Shown here: one piece after another, positions 27,829 to 35,639 of the stretch
Layout of the letters: each line of letters begins with the position of its first letter
How positions within the stretch are numbered: position 1 is the first letter of the stretch
DNA from: a virus
Lineage: Duplodnaviria > Caudoviricetes
Direction: 5' to 3' (one strand)
IMG/VR virus record: IMGVR_UViG_3300028676_000015
Location: 1-35,639 of that record
DNA length: 35,639 nt
Made by a program: the position numbers and the translations under genes
The notes under the pieces: generated by a model
Told to the model about the DNA's origin: nothing
What the model saw: the letters and a program-made list of their open reading frames with translations, nothing else
Database searches by the model: none

Positions 27829-28116
27829 CTATACGTATAAATGTAAATTATCGAATTCAATTCGTGTCGACTGATCTTCCGGCTGAAAAGGACGGTCTCG
27901 GCAATAGCTATCGATAACCGCTTTTACGGCTCTTGTATCACCGTTATCGGTCATCCAACTTTCAGGGATTACCCCGCTTTTGATAGCTTTTTCAAGGTTG
28001 GAAAATAAATCAGCTTCCATTTGGTGCATAATCTTGTACATCAACATTTTTTGTCTTTTTTCAAACTTGTGTTTTATAGCAATCTTTTTTGCTTCTTCTC
28101 TTTTAGTCATGTCCAT
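27829..28116 (-). CDS. Hypothetical protein
   Basis: Tightly packed ORF. Confidence 0.6.
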   Translation of the reverse strand: MDMTKREEAKKIAIKHKFEKRQKMLMYKIMHQMEADLFSNLEKAIKSGVIPESWMTDNGDTRAVKAVIDSYCRDRPFQPEDQSTRIEFDNLHLYV

Positions 28117-28117
28117 T

Positions 28118-28444
28118 TTATATCCTTTCTATTGCCGTTTTAGCTATTTCTTGTAAATGTTCTAAACATTGATTATATCCATAAGCTACCGATATGCTGT
28201 CAAATTCAGTATCTCCCCATGTACAACCATCTATTCCATCTGCTTCTGAAATATTGTTGATATGTTCCAAAGCATTTAGCATTTTAGGTGCAGCAGCAAT
28301 TAGCTTTGCGTTTGCCTCTGCTTCTGAAAAATCTATATCGTAAGATAATATTTCAGCTATGTAATGGCTTTTATCGGCTCCAATATGAATTTTTCTTTCT
28401 GACGGTCTTACAACTGTATACCAATTTCCTTTAGTATGTGCCAT
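28118..28444 (-). CDS. Phage accessory protein, IAAAPELL family
   Basis: MAHTKGNW...EAEANAKLIAAAPKML. Confidence 0.7.
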   Translation of the reverse strand: MAHTKGNWYTVVRPSERKIHIGADKSHYIAEILSYDIDFSEAEANAKLIAAAPKMLNALEHINNISEADGIDGCTWGDTEFDSISVAYGYNQCLEHLQEIAKTAIERI

Positions 28445-28445
28445 A

Positions 28446-28772
28446 TTATTCGGTTGCTTTTTTGATTACTTGTTTTACTTTACAAATCATAGAGTCTATA
28501 GCCTGCGCTTCATCTTTCATTGATTCGGACATAAATGGTTTTTCTGGGTAAAGCAGTAAAAGTTCAATAGAAATAACTTCTTGTAATGCTTCTAATAATT
28601 CAGGCGCAGCGGCTATAAGTTTTGCGTTTGCACAATATTCTTCATATTCAATAAATGTTGAATTCACAGTTGCGATAGTTGGATATGTCTTAATCCCATC
28701 TCCATTATGTCTACTTTGGATAGTTGGGTATTTATCACCCTGTACAAACCAATCTCCTTTAGTGTGTTCCAT
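28446..28772 (-). CDS. Phage accessory protein, IAAAPELL family
   Basis: MEHTKGDW...ANAKLIAAAPELLEAL...IKKATE. Confidence 0.7.
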   Translation of the reverse strand: MEHTKGDWFVQGDKYPTIQSRHNGDGIKTYPTIATVNSTFIEYEEYCANAKLIAAAPELLEALQEVISIELLLLYPEKPFMSESMKDEAQAIDSMICKVKQVIKKATE

Positions 28773-29664
28773 CTTCCTTATTTCTAAGATAAATCAATAT
28801 GTTCTTAACTGCATAGAGTGCATTTTGCGTGTTCTTCCTCTGCCAAACTCCAATAGATGGTGCCCATTTAAAAGCATTTTTCTTAAGCAAATCTATTGTC
28901 TCCATTTGTGGCTTTTCATCGAATAAAATTTGTATTCTATCCTCAGCCCAGTTTTGTACAACTTTACCACCGGGGAACGTCACTTCTGAATTTTCACGCT
29001 CCGAATTTTCTGCTTTACGTTCTTTTTTGTTTTCGGCAATTTCTAGGAGTTTGAAAAATTTGTGTCTTTCAGTAATTACCACACTCATTGTTTGATTGAA
29101 ATTTCGAATACAGTCAATAGCCATTTGTACAATTTCTGTGTCACCACGTTTTGCGTAGGTTTCTACTTTATTGTAAATCGAACTAACAAATAGAGCCTTG
29201 CTGCATCCCCGCTCAACTCCGGTGTTTATTCCATGAATGACAGCCGCAGAATGCAGGATGTCTTTTTCAAGATATTTCCAGTTTTCGTTTCGCTTTTCAC
29301 TTTCTGGCTTCGAGTCTTCAATGCGTTTGGCAATCGACTTAAGCGCCTTTGTTCGCCATTCTGAAAACTCATTGTATTTGGCGCGCTCTCTGTCGTTTGC
29401 TCTTTTAGCTCGATTGACATTAAATCCGGAGCCTCCTGTTACAGCAGAGCTTGCACAATTCGAATGAGAGTGAAGCCAAGAAGAAAACAGCTTTTTGTAG
29501 TTCTCAATATACCGTTGTTTTTCACTCTCAGGCATATTTTGAAGGTCTTCGTTCAATTTATCTTCATGTTCTGTGATACATTGTTGCCCTCTCTTGTCTG
29601 GGCTGAACGATGTCCAATAAAATGCACGATATGCAAGTTCTTTAAATTCTTGTAGGGTTTCCAT
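28759..29664 (-). CDS. Mobile-element protein with a DUF3560/polyvalent-protein-like C-terminus
   Basis: SFSPDKRG, SSAVTGGSGFN and DRIQILFDEKP...LKKNAFKWAPSIGVWQR. Confidence 0.55.
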   Translation of the reverse strand: METLQEFKELAYRAFYWTSFSPDKRGQQCITEHEDKLNEDLQNMPESEKQRYIENYKKLFSSWLHSHSNCASSAVTGGSGFNVNRAKRANDRERAKYNEFSEWRTKALKSIAKRIEDSKPESEKRNENWKYLEKDILHSAAVIHGINTGVERGCSKALFVSSIYNKVETYAKRGDTEIVQMAIDCIRNFNQTMSVVITERHKFFKLLEIAENKKERKAENSERENSEVTFPGGKVVQNWAEDRIQILFDEKPQMETIDLLKKNAFKWAPSIGVWQRKNTQNALYAVKNILIYLRNKEDGTH

Positions 29665-29701
29665 ATAAATTGCCCGTAAACTCGATAGCGCATGTGTTTG
29701 G

Positions 29702-30019
29702 TTATAATAATTTATGAATTAAATTTTCCATCTTCGCTACTAGCTGATCTGTATCTCGATCATATTTTCTAAAATCAGCGTGAGGAAGTTTAGAGACTTC
29801 AAAAAAATAAGAATGAAATCTATTACGTTCCTGTATTTGTGAACTAATACGAACCAATTCGAATATAACTAAGATATTACCAGCGGATAAAATAAGCTCC
29901 TTTTGAAAATTTGACTTTAAAGTTGGAGATATACCCCAAGAAAATAATGTGTTATTTGCATCCGTGACTTCAAAACCAATCGTTTTAAATGTGTCGTCTT
30001 TTACAATTATTGCCTTCAT
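29702..30019 (-). CDS. Hypothetical protein
   Basis: ORF within the antisense cassette. Confidence 0.55.
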   Translation of the reverse strand: MKAIIVKDDTFKTIGFEVTDANNTLFSWGISPTLKSNFQKELILSAGNILVIFELVRISSQIQERNRFHSYFFEVSKLPHADFRKYDRDTDQLVAKMENLIHKLL

Positions 30020-30052
30020 AATACTATTAGTTAAATGTTGATTTGTTTTAGA

Positions 30053-30283
30053 TTATTCCATTGCTGTTTGTATGTTCAGAACAATATCATCAAACGAAGA
30101 AACGGCACTTTCCATCTCACCTATAGCGGTCTCTGATTTTTCGCCTTTTTCTCCATATTGAAAACTTTCCGGCATGTTGTCGAAATACTCTTGCTCCTCA
30201 TCCATTAATGTTTCAAGTTCGCTTTTCAATTCTTCCACTTTGTCGATAATAATTTGTAGTGCTTTACGTCTATTTGAGTTCAT
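30053..30283 (-). CDS. Small acidic coiled-coil phage protein
   Basis: MN-RRK...DEEQEYFDNMPESFQYGEKGE. Confidence 0.7.
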   Translation of the reverse strand: MNSNRRKALQIIIDKVEELKSELETLMDEEQEYFDNMPESFQYGEKGEKSETAIGEMESAVSSFDDIVLNIQTAME

Positions 30284-30331
30284 TGTGTATTGTGTATTAT
30301 GGCAGAAAATTTAGTAACTGCCTGGTTTATT

Positions 30332-30736
30332 TTAAAATTTAGGTGCAGGTGTTAGTTCGTCTTTTGGAACAATTTTTTGTAAGTTGTAATCCCAAACGAA
30401 TTGCCCTGACATTTCACCTGCCAATATGGAATAACAAACATGTCCGTGGAGTCTAGGATTAGCACAATCAGCAGCAGTTCCATCCATCCAACCCTGTTCT
30501 TGTTCGTTAAAAGTATAAGGTTTATATTCCTTTTTAGCTCCTTTGGATAAAAGTTTATTAAAGTCTTTTTGGCTTAATTTATGCATGTTAGCTCCATAAT
30601 ATCTTAGCTCTAAGCAGTTAATTGTTATATAGTAAAAATACTCTGCTTTTTTTTCGTCGAAGTCTCCTTTGCGTTCAATTGTCGTTTCAATAGATGTAAT
30701 AACCGTCTTTGCTGAATCATTTAATTGGAGTCTCAT
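30332..30736 (-). CDS. Hypothetical protein, first gene of the antisense cassette
   Basis: ORF downstream of the minus-strand promoter. Confidence 0.6.
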   Translation of the reverse strand: MRLQLNDSAKTVITSIETTIERKGDFDEKKAEYFYYITINCLELRYYGANMHKLSQKDFNKLLSKGAKKEYKPYTFNEQEQGWMDGTAADCANPRLHGHVCYSILAGEMSGQFVWDYNLQKIVPKDELTPAPKF

Positions 30737-30769
30737 AATCTTACTTGTTAAATGTTTATGTTCTTTATA

Positions 30770-30949
30770 TGATTACATTGTAATCACTTTGCAAAAGTAC
30801 ATTTGTTCTTTTAAATACAGTTCATTTATTGGGTTAAATATCTGTTAATCTAAGTTAAGTTGCTGTATTTGCTTCTATCTCAATACTAAATGATTGCATA
30901 AAATATATGATTACATTATAAACACATTGCAAAATTGTGATTATATTTG
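30770..30949. promoter_or_regulatory. Divergent promoter region with two operator copies
   Basis: TGATTA-cattg-TAATCAC (30770-30787); minus -7 box TACTTTTG (30792-30799); degenerate TGATTA-catta-TAAACAC (30908-30925); plus -7 box TATATTTG (30942-30949). Confidence 0.65.
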
Positions 30950-30994
30950 TCGTCTAATCATGATTTATTCAAATTCACTAATCAAAGAGGGAAC

Positions 30995-31654
30995 ATGAAA
31001 ACCAAAATTTTAGAATTACTGAAAACCAAATTCACCGGGGTTCAGGAATCAGTTTTAAGCAGGATAGCCGACAAGTTGGCGAAGACCGCACTCACCGATG
31101 AACAAGCAACAACCGCAGTCGAGGGGGTTACTATTCAAACAGTCATTGATAGTTATGCAGACAGCAGGGTTGGCGAGGCTACTAATACAGCCGTATCCAA
31201 TTATGAAAAAAAGCATGGAATCAAGGACGGAAAACCAGTTGACACGCCTGTTGATACTCCACCCGCCCCGGGTGCAGATAAAGACATTGCAAAAATTATC
31301 GCGGACGCTTTAAAGCCGTTGCAAGATAAAATTGCATCGTTTGAGACAGGTAAAACAACTGAAACAAGACGGCAGACACTTGCGCAGAAACTCACGGATG
31401 CAAAAGCCCCGGAAGTATTCAAAAATCAGATTCTTAAAACGATAGATAAAATGAATTTATCGGACGAAGAATATGCTGAATTTGAAACCGAGGTAATTAC
31501 GAACGCCGGGCAACTTGTACAAGAAGCGGCAAACGCCGGGCTTGGAATGCAACATAATCCTTTTGGCGCAGGTGCAGGAACTGGCGGAAAAGATGTTGCG
31601 GTTACGGACATCAAAAAATGGGCGGAACAAAAAAATCCTGCAACAGGTAAATAA
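30995..31654 (+). CDS. Capsid scaffolding protein (putative)
   Basis: Helical, low-complexity protein upstream of the head genes. ATG at 30995. Confidence 0.65.
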   Translation: MKTKILELLKTKFTGVQESVLSRIADKLAKTALTDEQATTAVEGVTIQTVIDSYADSRVGEATNTAVSNYEKKHGIKDGKPVDTPVDTPPAPGADKDIAKIIADALKPLQDKIASFETGKTTETRRQTLAQKLTDAKAPEVFKNQILKTIDKMNLSDEEYAEFETEVITNAGQLVQEAANAGLGMQHNPFGAGAGTGGKDVAVTDIKKWAEQKNPATGK

Positions 31655-31682
31655 ATTTATTCATTTTTCAATTCACACAATC

Positions 31683-32252
31683 ATGTTAAATATAACTAAG
31701 CAAGTTGTAAATACAGGTATTCAAATTTGGCAATCAACCGATACGGAAGTCGCACAAGGCGGATTCACAATCAATGATGCCGGATTTATATCGGGTGATA
31801 CTATCCCTGCCGGAACTCCAATTGCATTTGACGAACAGACCCGTTTTGCTTTAGTAGCAAAAGTCGCTGTCGTTACGGAAGCAGCTTCAAATGCTGCAAC
31901 TGCATACAAGGTAAAGAAAGGACACTTACTAAAATCTGGTTCTCAAGTAAAAGTAACAGGTCAAGGCGCACAGGCTATTATTGCAATCGATAAAACGAAT
32001 GCTGATTATGACATTATTACTGTTGGGACGACAATCGGGAAAGCTGTTGCTATTGGTGACGCTATCTACGTTGATGATGCCGGCGCAACCGCACCGGGTG
32101 GTCTTTCATTTCAAGACATTACTATTGGGGCAAATGGTATTGCCTCTGTGACAGTAGCAACTAAGGGTACCGTTTACGCACGTCGTATTGTTCCGGTTCC
32201 TGCTTCAATCATTGCACTTTTAGTGCGTATTCGTTTTTCACAATCTTATTAA
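31683..32252 (+). CDS. Head decoration protein (putative)
   Basis: IPAGTP motif, Ala/Thr/Gly-rich; lies between scaffold and capsid. Confidence 0.6.
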   Translation: MLNITKQVVNTGIQIWQSTDTEVAQGGFTINDAGFISGDTIPAGTPIAFDEQTRFALVAKVAVVTEAASNAATAYKVKKGHLLKSGSQVKVTGQGAQAIIAIDKTNADYDIITVGTTIGKAVAIGDAIYVDDAGATAPGGLSFQDITIGANGIASVTVATKGTVYARRIVPVPASIIALLVRIRFSQSY

Positions 32253-32267
32253 TAGGAGAAAACAATT

Positions 32268-33350
32268 ATGTCAAAAATTCAATCAATTTTCGGCGTTTAC
32301 GCCGACCAATTACAGGTCGTAATAAACGAAAGTTTAGCGATGTTTGCTCCAACTTGGTATCAAAATTATTTTGATTGGTCGCCAACTCAAACCCAATTGA
32401 ACTTTGTTCAGGTTATTGGTGCAGCACGTATTGAAGCGGCAGCGTCTATCGTTGACCGTTCATCTAGTTCACCATTGCGATCACGTGCTATGCTGGCAAA
32501 ATATCAGGGTGAAATTCCTGCAATTAAAGAAAAATTCTCGATGACCGAACAGGACTATCGTGATTTTTTGAATATTCAGGCGCTGAATTTCAGTAATCAA
32601 GATGCTCAAAAGCAACAACTTTTGAACTATCTATTTGGAGACATCCAAAAGGCAGGTTCAGCAGCACACAAACGCCTTGATATTATGGCGTTGCAAGCAG
32701 TATCAACTGGTAAAATCAGCTTAACCGTTGATTGGAACCCTGATGGTATCATTTTAAAGGATGACCTTGATTTGCTTATGCCAGGTGATAACCGTAAACA
32801 GGCAGCTTTCAAATGGTCTGACAAAGCAGATGCAACCCCTATCGACGACATTACCAAATTGGTATCTGATGCCCGTCTATTGGGTCACGAATTTGCAAAA
32901 ATCCTTATCAGCCCATCAGCTTTCTTAAACATGGCTCATTGTAACCAAACTATCACCTCGTTGATTTCTTTCAACGCATTACAAAAAGGTGCTTCGGTTG
33001 CTACACTTGACAAAGTGAACGAATACCTTACTGCTAATCTATTCCCTCAAATGGAAATCGTTAATCAGGTAGTCGGTATTGAAAAAGACGGCATCATCAA
33101 ATCGGTTCGTCCATTCAATGATGCTAATATCACTTTTGTTCCTGCGGGTAAAATCGGTACGATCAAAAATGCATACTGCATGGAAGAATTACGCCCGGTT
33201 TCTGATGTGAATTACGGTTCATACAATCACGCACTTATTTCAAAATGGCAAGAAAACGACCCTTGGGGAGAATTCACCAATGTTGAGTTGAATGCGTTCC
33301 CTGCAATTGACCTTATCGACAGGATTTACATAATGAACGTCGAATTTTAA
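32268..33350 (+). CDS. Major capsid protein (lambda gpE-like)
   Basis: Size and position; GEIPAIK, ALQAVSTGKI, WSD-ADATPIDDI and AFPAI patterns. Confidence 0.85.
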   Translation: MSKIQSIFGVYADQLQVVINESLAMFAPTWYQNYFDWSPTQTQLNFVQVIGAARIEAAASIVDRSSSSPLRSRAMLAKYQGEIPAIKEKFSMTEQDYRDFLNIQALNFSNQDAQKQQLLNYLFGDIQKAGSAAHKRLDIMALQAVSTGKISLTVDWNPDGIILKDDLDLLMPGDNRKQAAFKWSDKADATPIDDITKLVSDARLLGHEFAKILISPSAFLNMAHCNQTITSLISFNALQKGASVATLDKVNEYLTANLFPQMEIVNQVVGIEKDGIIKSVRPFNDANITFVPAGKIGTIKNAYCMEELRPVSDVNYGSYNHALISKWQENDPWGEFTNVELNAFPAIDLIDRIYIMNVEF

Positions 33351-33355
33351 TAATA

Positions 33356-33384
33356 GGTGGGGTTAGAGATAGCCCCACCATTTT
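33356..33384 (+). terminator. Terminator after the capsid gene
   Basis: GGTGGGGTTA-gaga-TAGCCCCACC followed by ATTTT. Confidence 0.65.
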
Positions 33385-33392
33385 AGAAAAAT

Positions 33393-33743
33393 ATGGCAAC
33401 TGAATATAAGGTATCTGACTATTTAAATTCTAAGCTAATAAGGCTTGGCATTGAACTTTCTGACGTTGAAATTGCAGTACTTAATATCAAGTATATAATT
33501 CCAATTACTGCCCCTGATTCCGTATTAGATCAAAATAATATAGCTCTCGTAGATAAAGCTTGCTTATACCAAGTTCGGGACTTATTACTAGCTCCTGAAA
33601 TTGTCGAGGGCGGATATTCGATTAAATACGATAAGGAGTCGGTTACCAAATGGTACAACTCAGAGGTTCATAGACTAGGGCTGTCAAATAACATTGAATT
33701 TAGTTTGGCTCCTAAAATTCGCGACGCTTCTAACTATTGGTAA
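33393..33743 (+). CDS. Head-tail connector (putative)
   Basis: Position after the capsid; EGGYSIKY motif. Confidence 0.65.
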   Translation: MATEYKVSDYLNSKLIRLGIELSDVEIAVLNIKYIIPITAPDSVLDQNNIALVDKACLYQVRDLLLAPEIVEGGYSIKYDKESVTKWYNSEVHRLGLSNNIEFSLAPKIRDASNYW

Positions 33744-33744
33744 T

Positions 33745-34065
33745 ATGCTTAAATCACAATATCCATACAGTTTACAGATTTTACCCAAATCAGATATTTT
33801 GAAAGACAAAAACGGGAATTTCATTCCGGGTACTTCTGACTGGGAGGAAGTTTGTAAATGCAGAGATGAACACGGTAGAAATTATAAAATTGAGACGCCT
33901 GACGGAATTGGGTATGTAGCAACATTTGTGGTTTTTGCTCCTAAAGGTACAGAACCTCTTTCAAGAGGTACAACCATACGTGTTATGGATGGTGATACTT
34001 TGAGGATTACTGGCAAAGTAATAATTTCTCGTAAGGAGCAATTCAATACTAGATTATGGGTTTAG
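33745..34065 (+). CDS. Head closure protein (putative)
   Basis: Position and size. Confidence 0.6.
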   Translation: MLKSQYPYSLQILPKSDILKDKNGNFIPGTSDWEEVCKCRDEHGRNYKIETPDGIGYVATFVVFAPKGTEPLSRGTTIRVMDGDTLRITGKVIISRKEQFNTRLWV

Positions 34066-34502
34066 CAATCAAAAAAAATACGCTTGAAGCCTATCACAAA
34101 GCAATGCGTGAGAGACTCGACAAGGCAAATTTTGATGTTCTATCAAGAGTGGGAGAGGAGGCAGTAATATACGCAAGAAGCCTTGACACTTATACTGATA
34201 GAACCACAAATCTAAGAAATAGTATTGGGTATGTTATTTTGAAAGATGGAATTGTTGTTTCAGGCAAGTTTCCCGGTAATTCGGTTGCAGGGAAAGGAGT
34301 AGGTCAGGCGTATGCAAATAAAGTTGCTGAAATGGTTACCGAATTGAGCCCGAAAGGTTGGATTCTAATTGTTGTTGCCGGGATGGATTATGCTGCGTGT
34401 GTAGAGGCTAAAGGTTACGATGTATTATCCGGTGCGGGTAATATGTTGAAATTGAAAATAGCCGAAATATTATCACAGATCAAATCAGAATTAAAAAAAT
34501 GA
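34056..34502 (+). CDS. HK97 gp10-like tail completion protein
   Basis: YTDRTTNLRNSIG and YAACVE motifs. Confidence 0.75.
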   Translation: MGLAIKKNTLEAYHKAMRERLDKANFDVLSRVGEEAVIYARSLDTYTDRTTNLRNSIGYVILKDGIVVSGKFPGNSVAGKGVGQAYANKVAEMVTELSPKGWILIVVAGMDYAACVEAKGYDVLSGAGNMLKLKIAEILSQIKSELKK

Positions 34503-34894
34503 AAACATCAGGCGAACAGGTAGATATTCTTTATATCCTATTAAATGGAAATGCAGATTTAAAAGCTCTTATAAGCGGAGATGTTTATAAGCTCGGTCGC
34601 CCAAATTCAGGCAGCGAAGATATTGTGATAAAGACTGTTTCTTTGGTCGGTCAGACAAAACAATTTGGCACGGCTGCGGTAAACATTTGGATTCCTGATA
34701 TTGACGCAGGTGATCAGACATTCCCAAATACGGGTCGGATTGACATTATAGGTGATAAGGTGATTGAATTGCTGGAATCAAACATTAATCCTGACTACAA
34801 TATGACCATTGGTAACCAAACAGTTATTAGTGAGTTAGATTTAAAATACCATTATTTTTCTATTAAAGTAAACTTTGAATTTTTTAATTTATAA
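34499..34894 (+). CDS. Tail terminator (putative)
   Basis: Position immediately before the tail tube gene. Confidence 0.6.
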   Translation: MKTSGEQVDILYILLNGNADLKALISGDVYKLGRPNSGSEDIVIKTVSLVGQTKQFGTAAVNIWIPDIDAGDQTFPNTGRIDIIGDKVIELLESNINPDYNMTIGNQTVISELDLKYHYFSIKVNFEFFNL

Positions 34895-34905
34895 AAACTA
34901 CAATC

Positions 34906-35415
34906 ATGTCAAGAGTATTAAAAAACCTGTCGAGCATTTCCGTTGGTGATGTAGCGACAACAGATTACCCCGGTGGTACCGGTTGGACTGGAACCAAAAT
35001 AGGTACTATAGATTCAAATGGTGTAACCATTGCAGAGGGAGAACCAAAGGTCGAAAATCTTGGTGTTGCTGGTCAGATTGTTCCAATTGATGTCAATGTA
35101 ACACCGGGTGATTCTATCAATTTTACAGGAGCCTGCTATGTTGAGGTTGGCACCGAATTAACTACCATTCATGGCGGAACAATGGGAGCCGATGGCTGGG
35201 AGGCAAATAAGGAAATATATGTTCCAAACAAATCTTTCGTTCTCGCAACTAAAGATGCTAACATGAAAATTCTTATTCCTAACGGTATTTTGACTGGATG
35301 GTTTACAGGAAAACTGACCGATACAGGTTCAGCACTTATCAACTTCAAAATTTCACCAGTTGACCCAGGTACGACTTTAAGTTATTTCAAAATAACCAAA
35401 AAGCCAGCTGCATAA
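34906..35415 (+). CDS. Major tail tube protein (putative)
   Basis: Gly/Thr-rich beta-type protein followed by a terminator. Confidence 0.65.
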   Translation: MSRVLKNLSSISVGDVATTDYPGGTGWTGTKIGTIDSNGVTIAEGEPKVENLGVAGQIVPIDVNVTPGDSINFTGACYVEVGTELTTIHGGTMGADGWEANKEIYVPNKSFVLATKDANMKILIPNGILTGWFTGKLTDTGSALINFKISPVDPGTTLSYFKITKKPAA

Positions 35416-35440
35416 AAATGTGAGCTAATTATGTGCAACC

Positions 35441-35473
35441 AAAAGCCGTCGGATATGTTCGGCGGCTTTTTTT
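35441..35473 (+). terminator. Intrinsic terminator
   Basis: AAAAGCCGTCGGA-tatg-TTCGGCGGC followed by a T-run. Confidence 0.8.
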
Positions 35474-35485
35474 ATACAACAAAAC

Positions 35486-35639
35486 ATGATAGATAAATTA
35501 GTTCAAGAGTTCAAAGAACATGAAGTTATGCTCGAACGTGGTTTAAAGTTCGATATAAAATACATCCATCGCATAAAGGTGCCGTACATAGGCATTTCTT
35601 TTAAGCGTAAGGCGAAAAAAACTATATACCTACACCAAC
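35486..35639 (+). CDS. Tail assembly chaperone (putative, partial)
   Basis: MIDKLVQEFKEHEVMLERG..., open to the window end, after the tail tube gene. Confidence 0.5.
   Translation, partial: MIDKLVQEFKEHEVMLERGLKFDIKYIHRIKVPYIGISFKRKAKKTIYLHQ

Larger units (their letters stand above)
492..35639. mobile_element. Temperate prophage (siphovirus-like), right end outside the window
   Basis: Integrase, CI, recombination, replication, terminase, portal, capsid and tail genes in canonical order. Confidence 0.95.

Noticed and set aside
1-35639. Diversity-generating retroelement or retron
   Set aside because: No reverse transcriptase motifs or TR/VR pair were seen in this window.

Overview
Left ~35 kb of an apparently intact temperate siphovirus-type prophage in an AT-rich Bacteroidota genome, judged from TAnnTTTG promoters, DUF3853 and Bacteroidetes-type integrases. 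It begins at a probable tRNA-Ser 3'-end att remnant (~492-504), next to the start of a second element's integrase. Gene order: integrase; lysogeny switch (CI/Cro); recombination module (SbcC/Rad50-like ATPase, RecT, MBL nuclease); accessory ORFs; replication (initiator with iterons, DnaC-like loader); RuvC-like resolvase; ParB-like, TerS, TerL and portal; then scaffold, capsid, head-tail and tail tube genes. The standout region lies inside the head module. A GNAT acetyltransferase is followed by a MuF/gp7 minor head protein fused to an R-S-ExE ADP-ribosyltransferase. Facing it tail-to-tail, across a shared hairpin, are a DraG/ARH ADP-ribosylglycohydrolase and a small partner gene, which end a ~6.7 kb antisense accessory cassette. 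This suggests a virion-delivered ADP-ribosylation writer/eraser system. A repeated palindrome (GTGATTA-N5-TAATCAC) sits at the replication, packaging, cassette and capsid promoters. All calls come from reading motifs and synteny by eye; no database searches were run.
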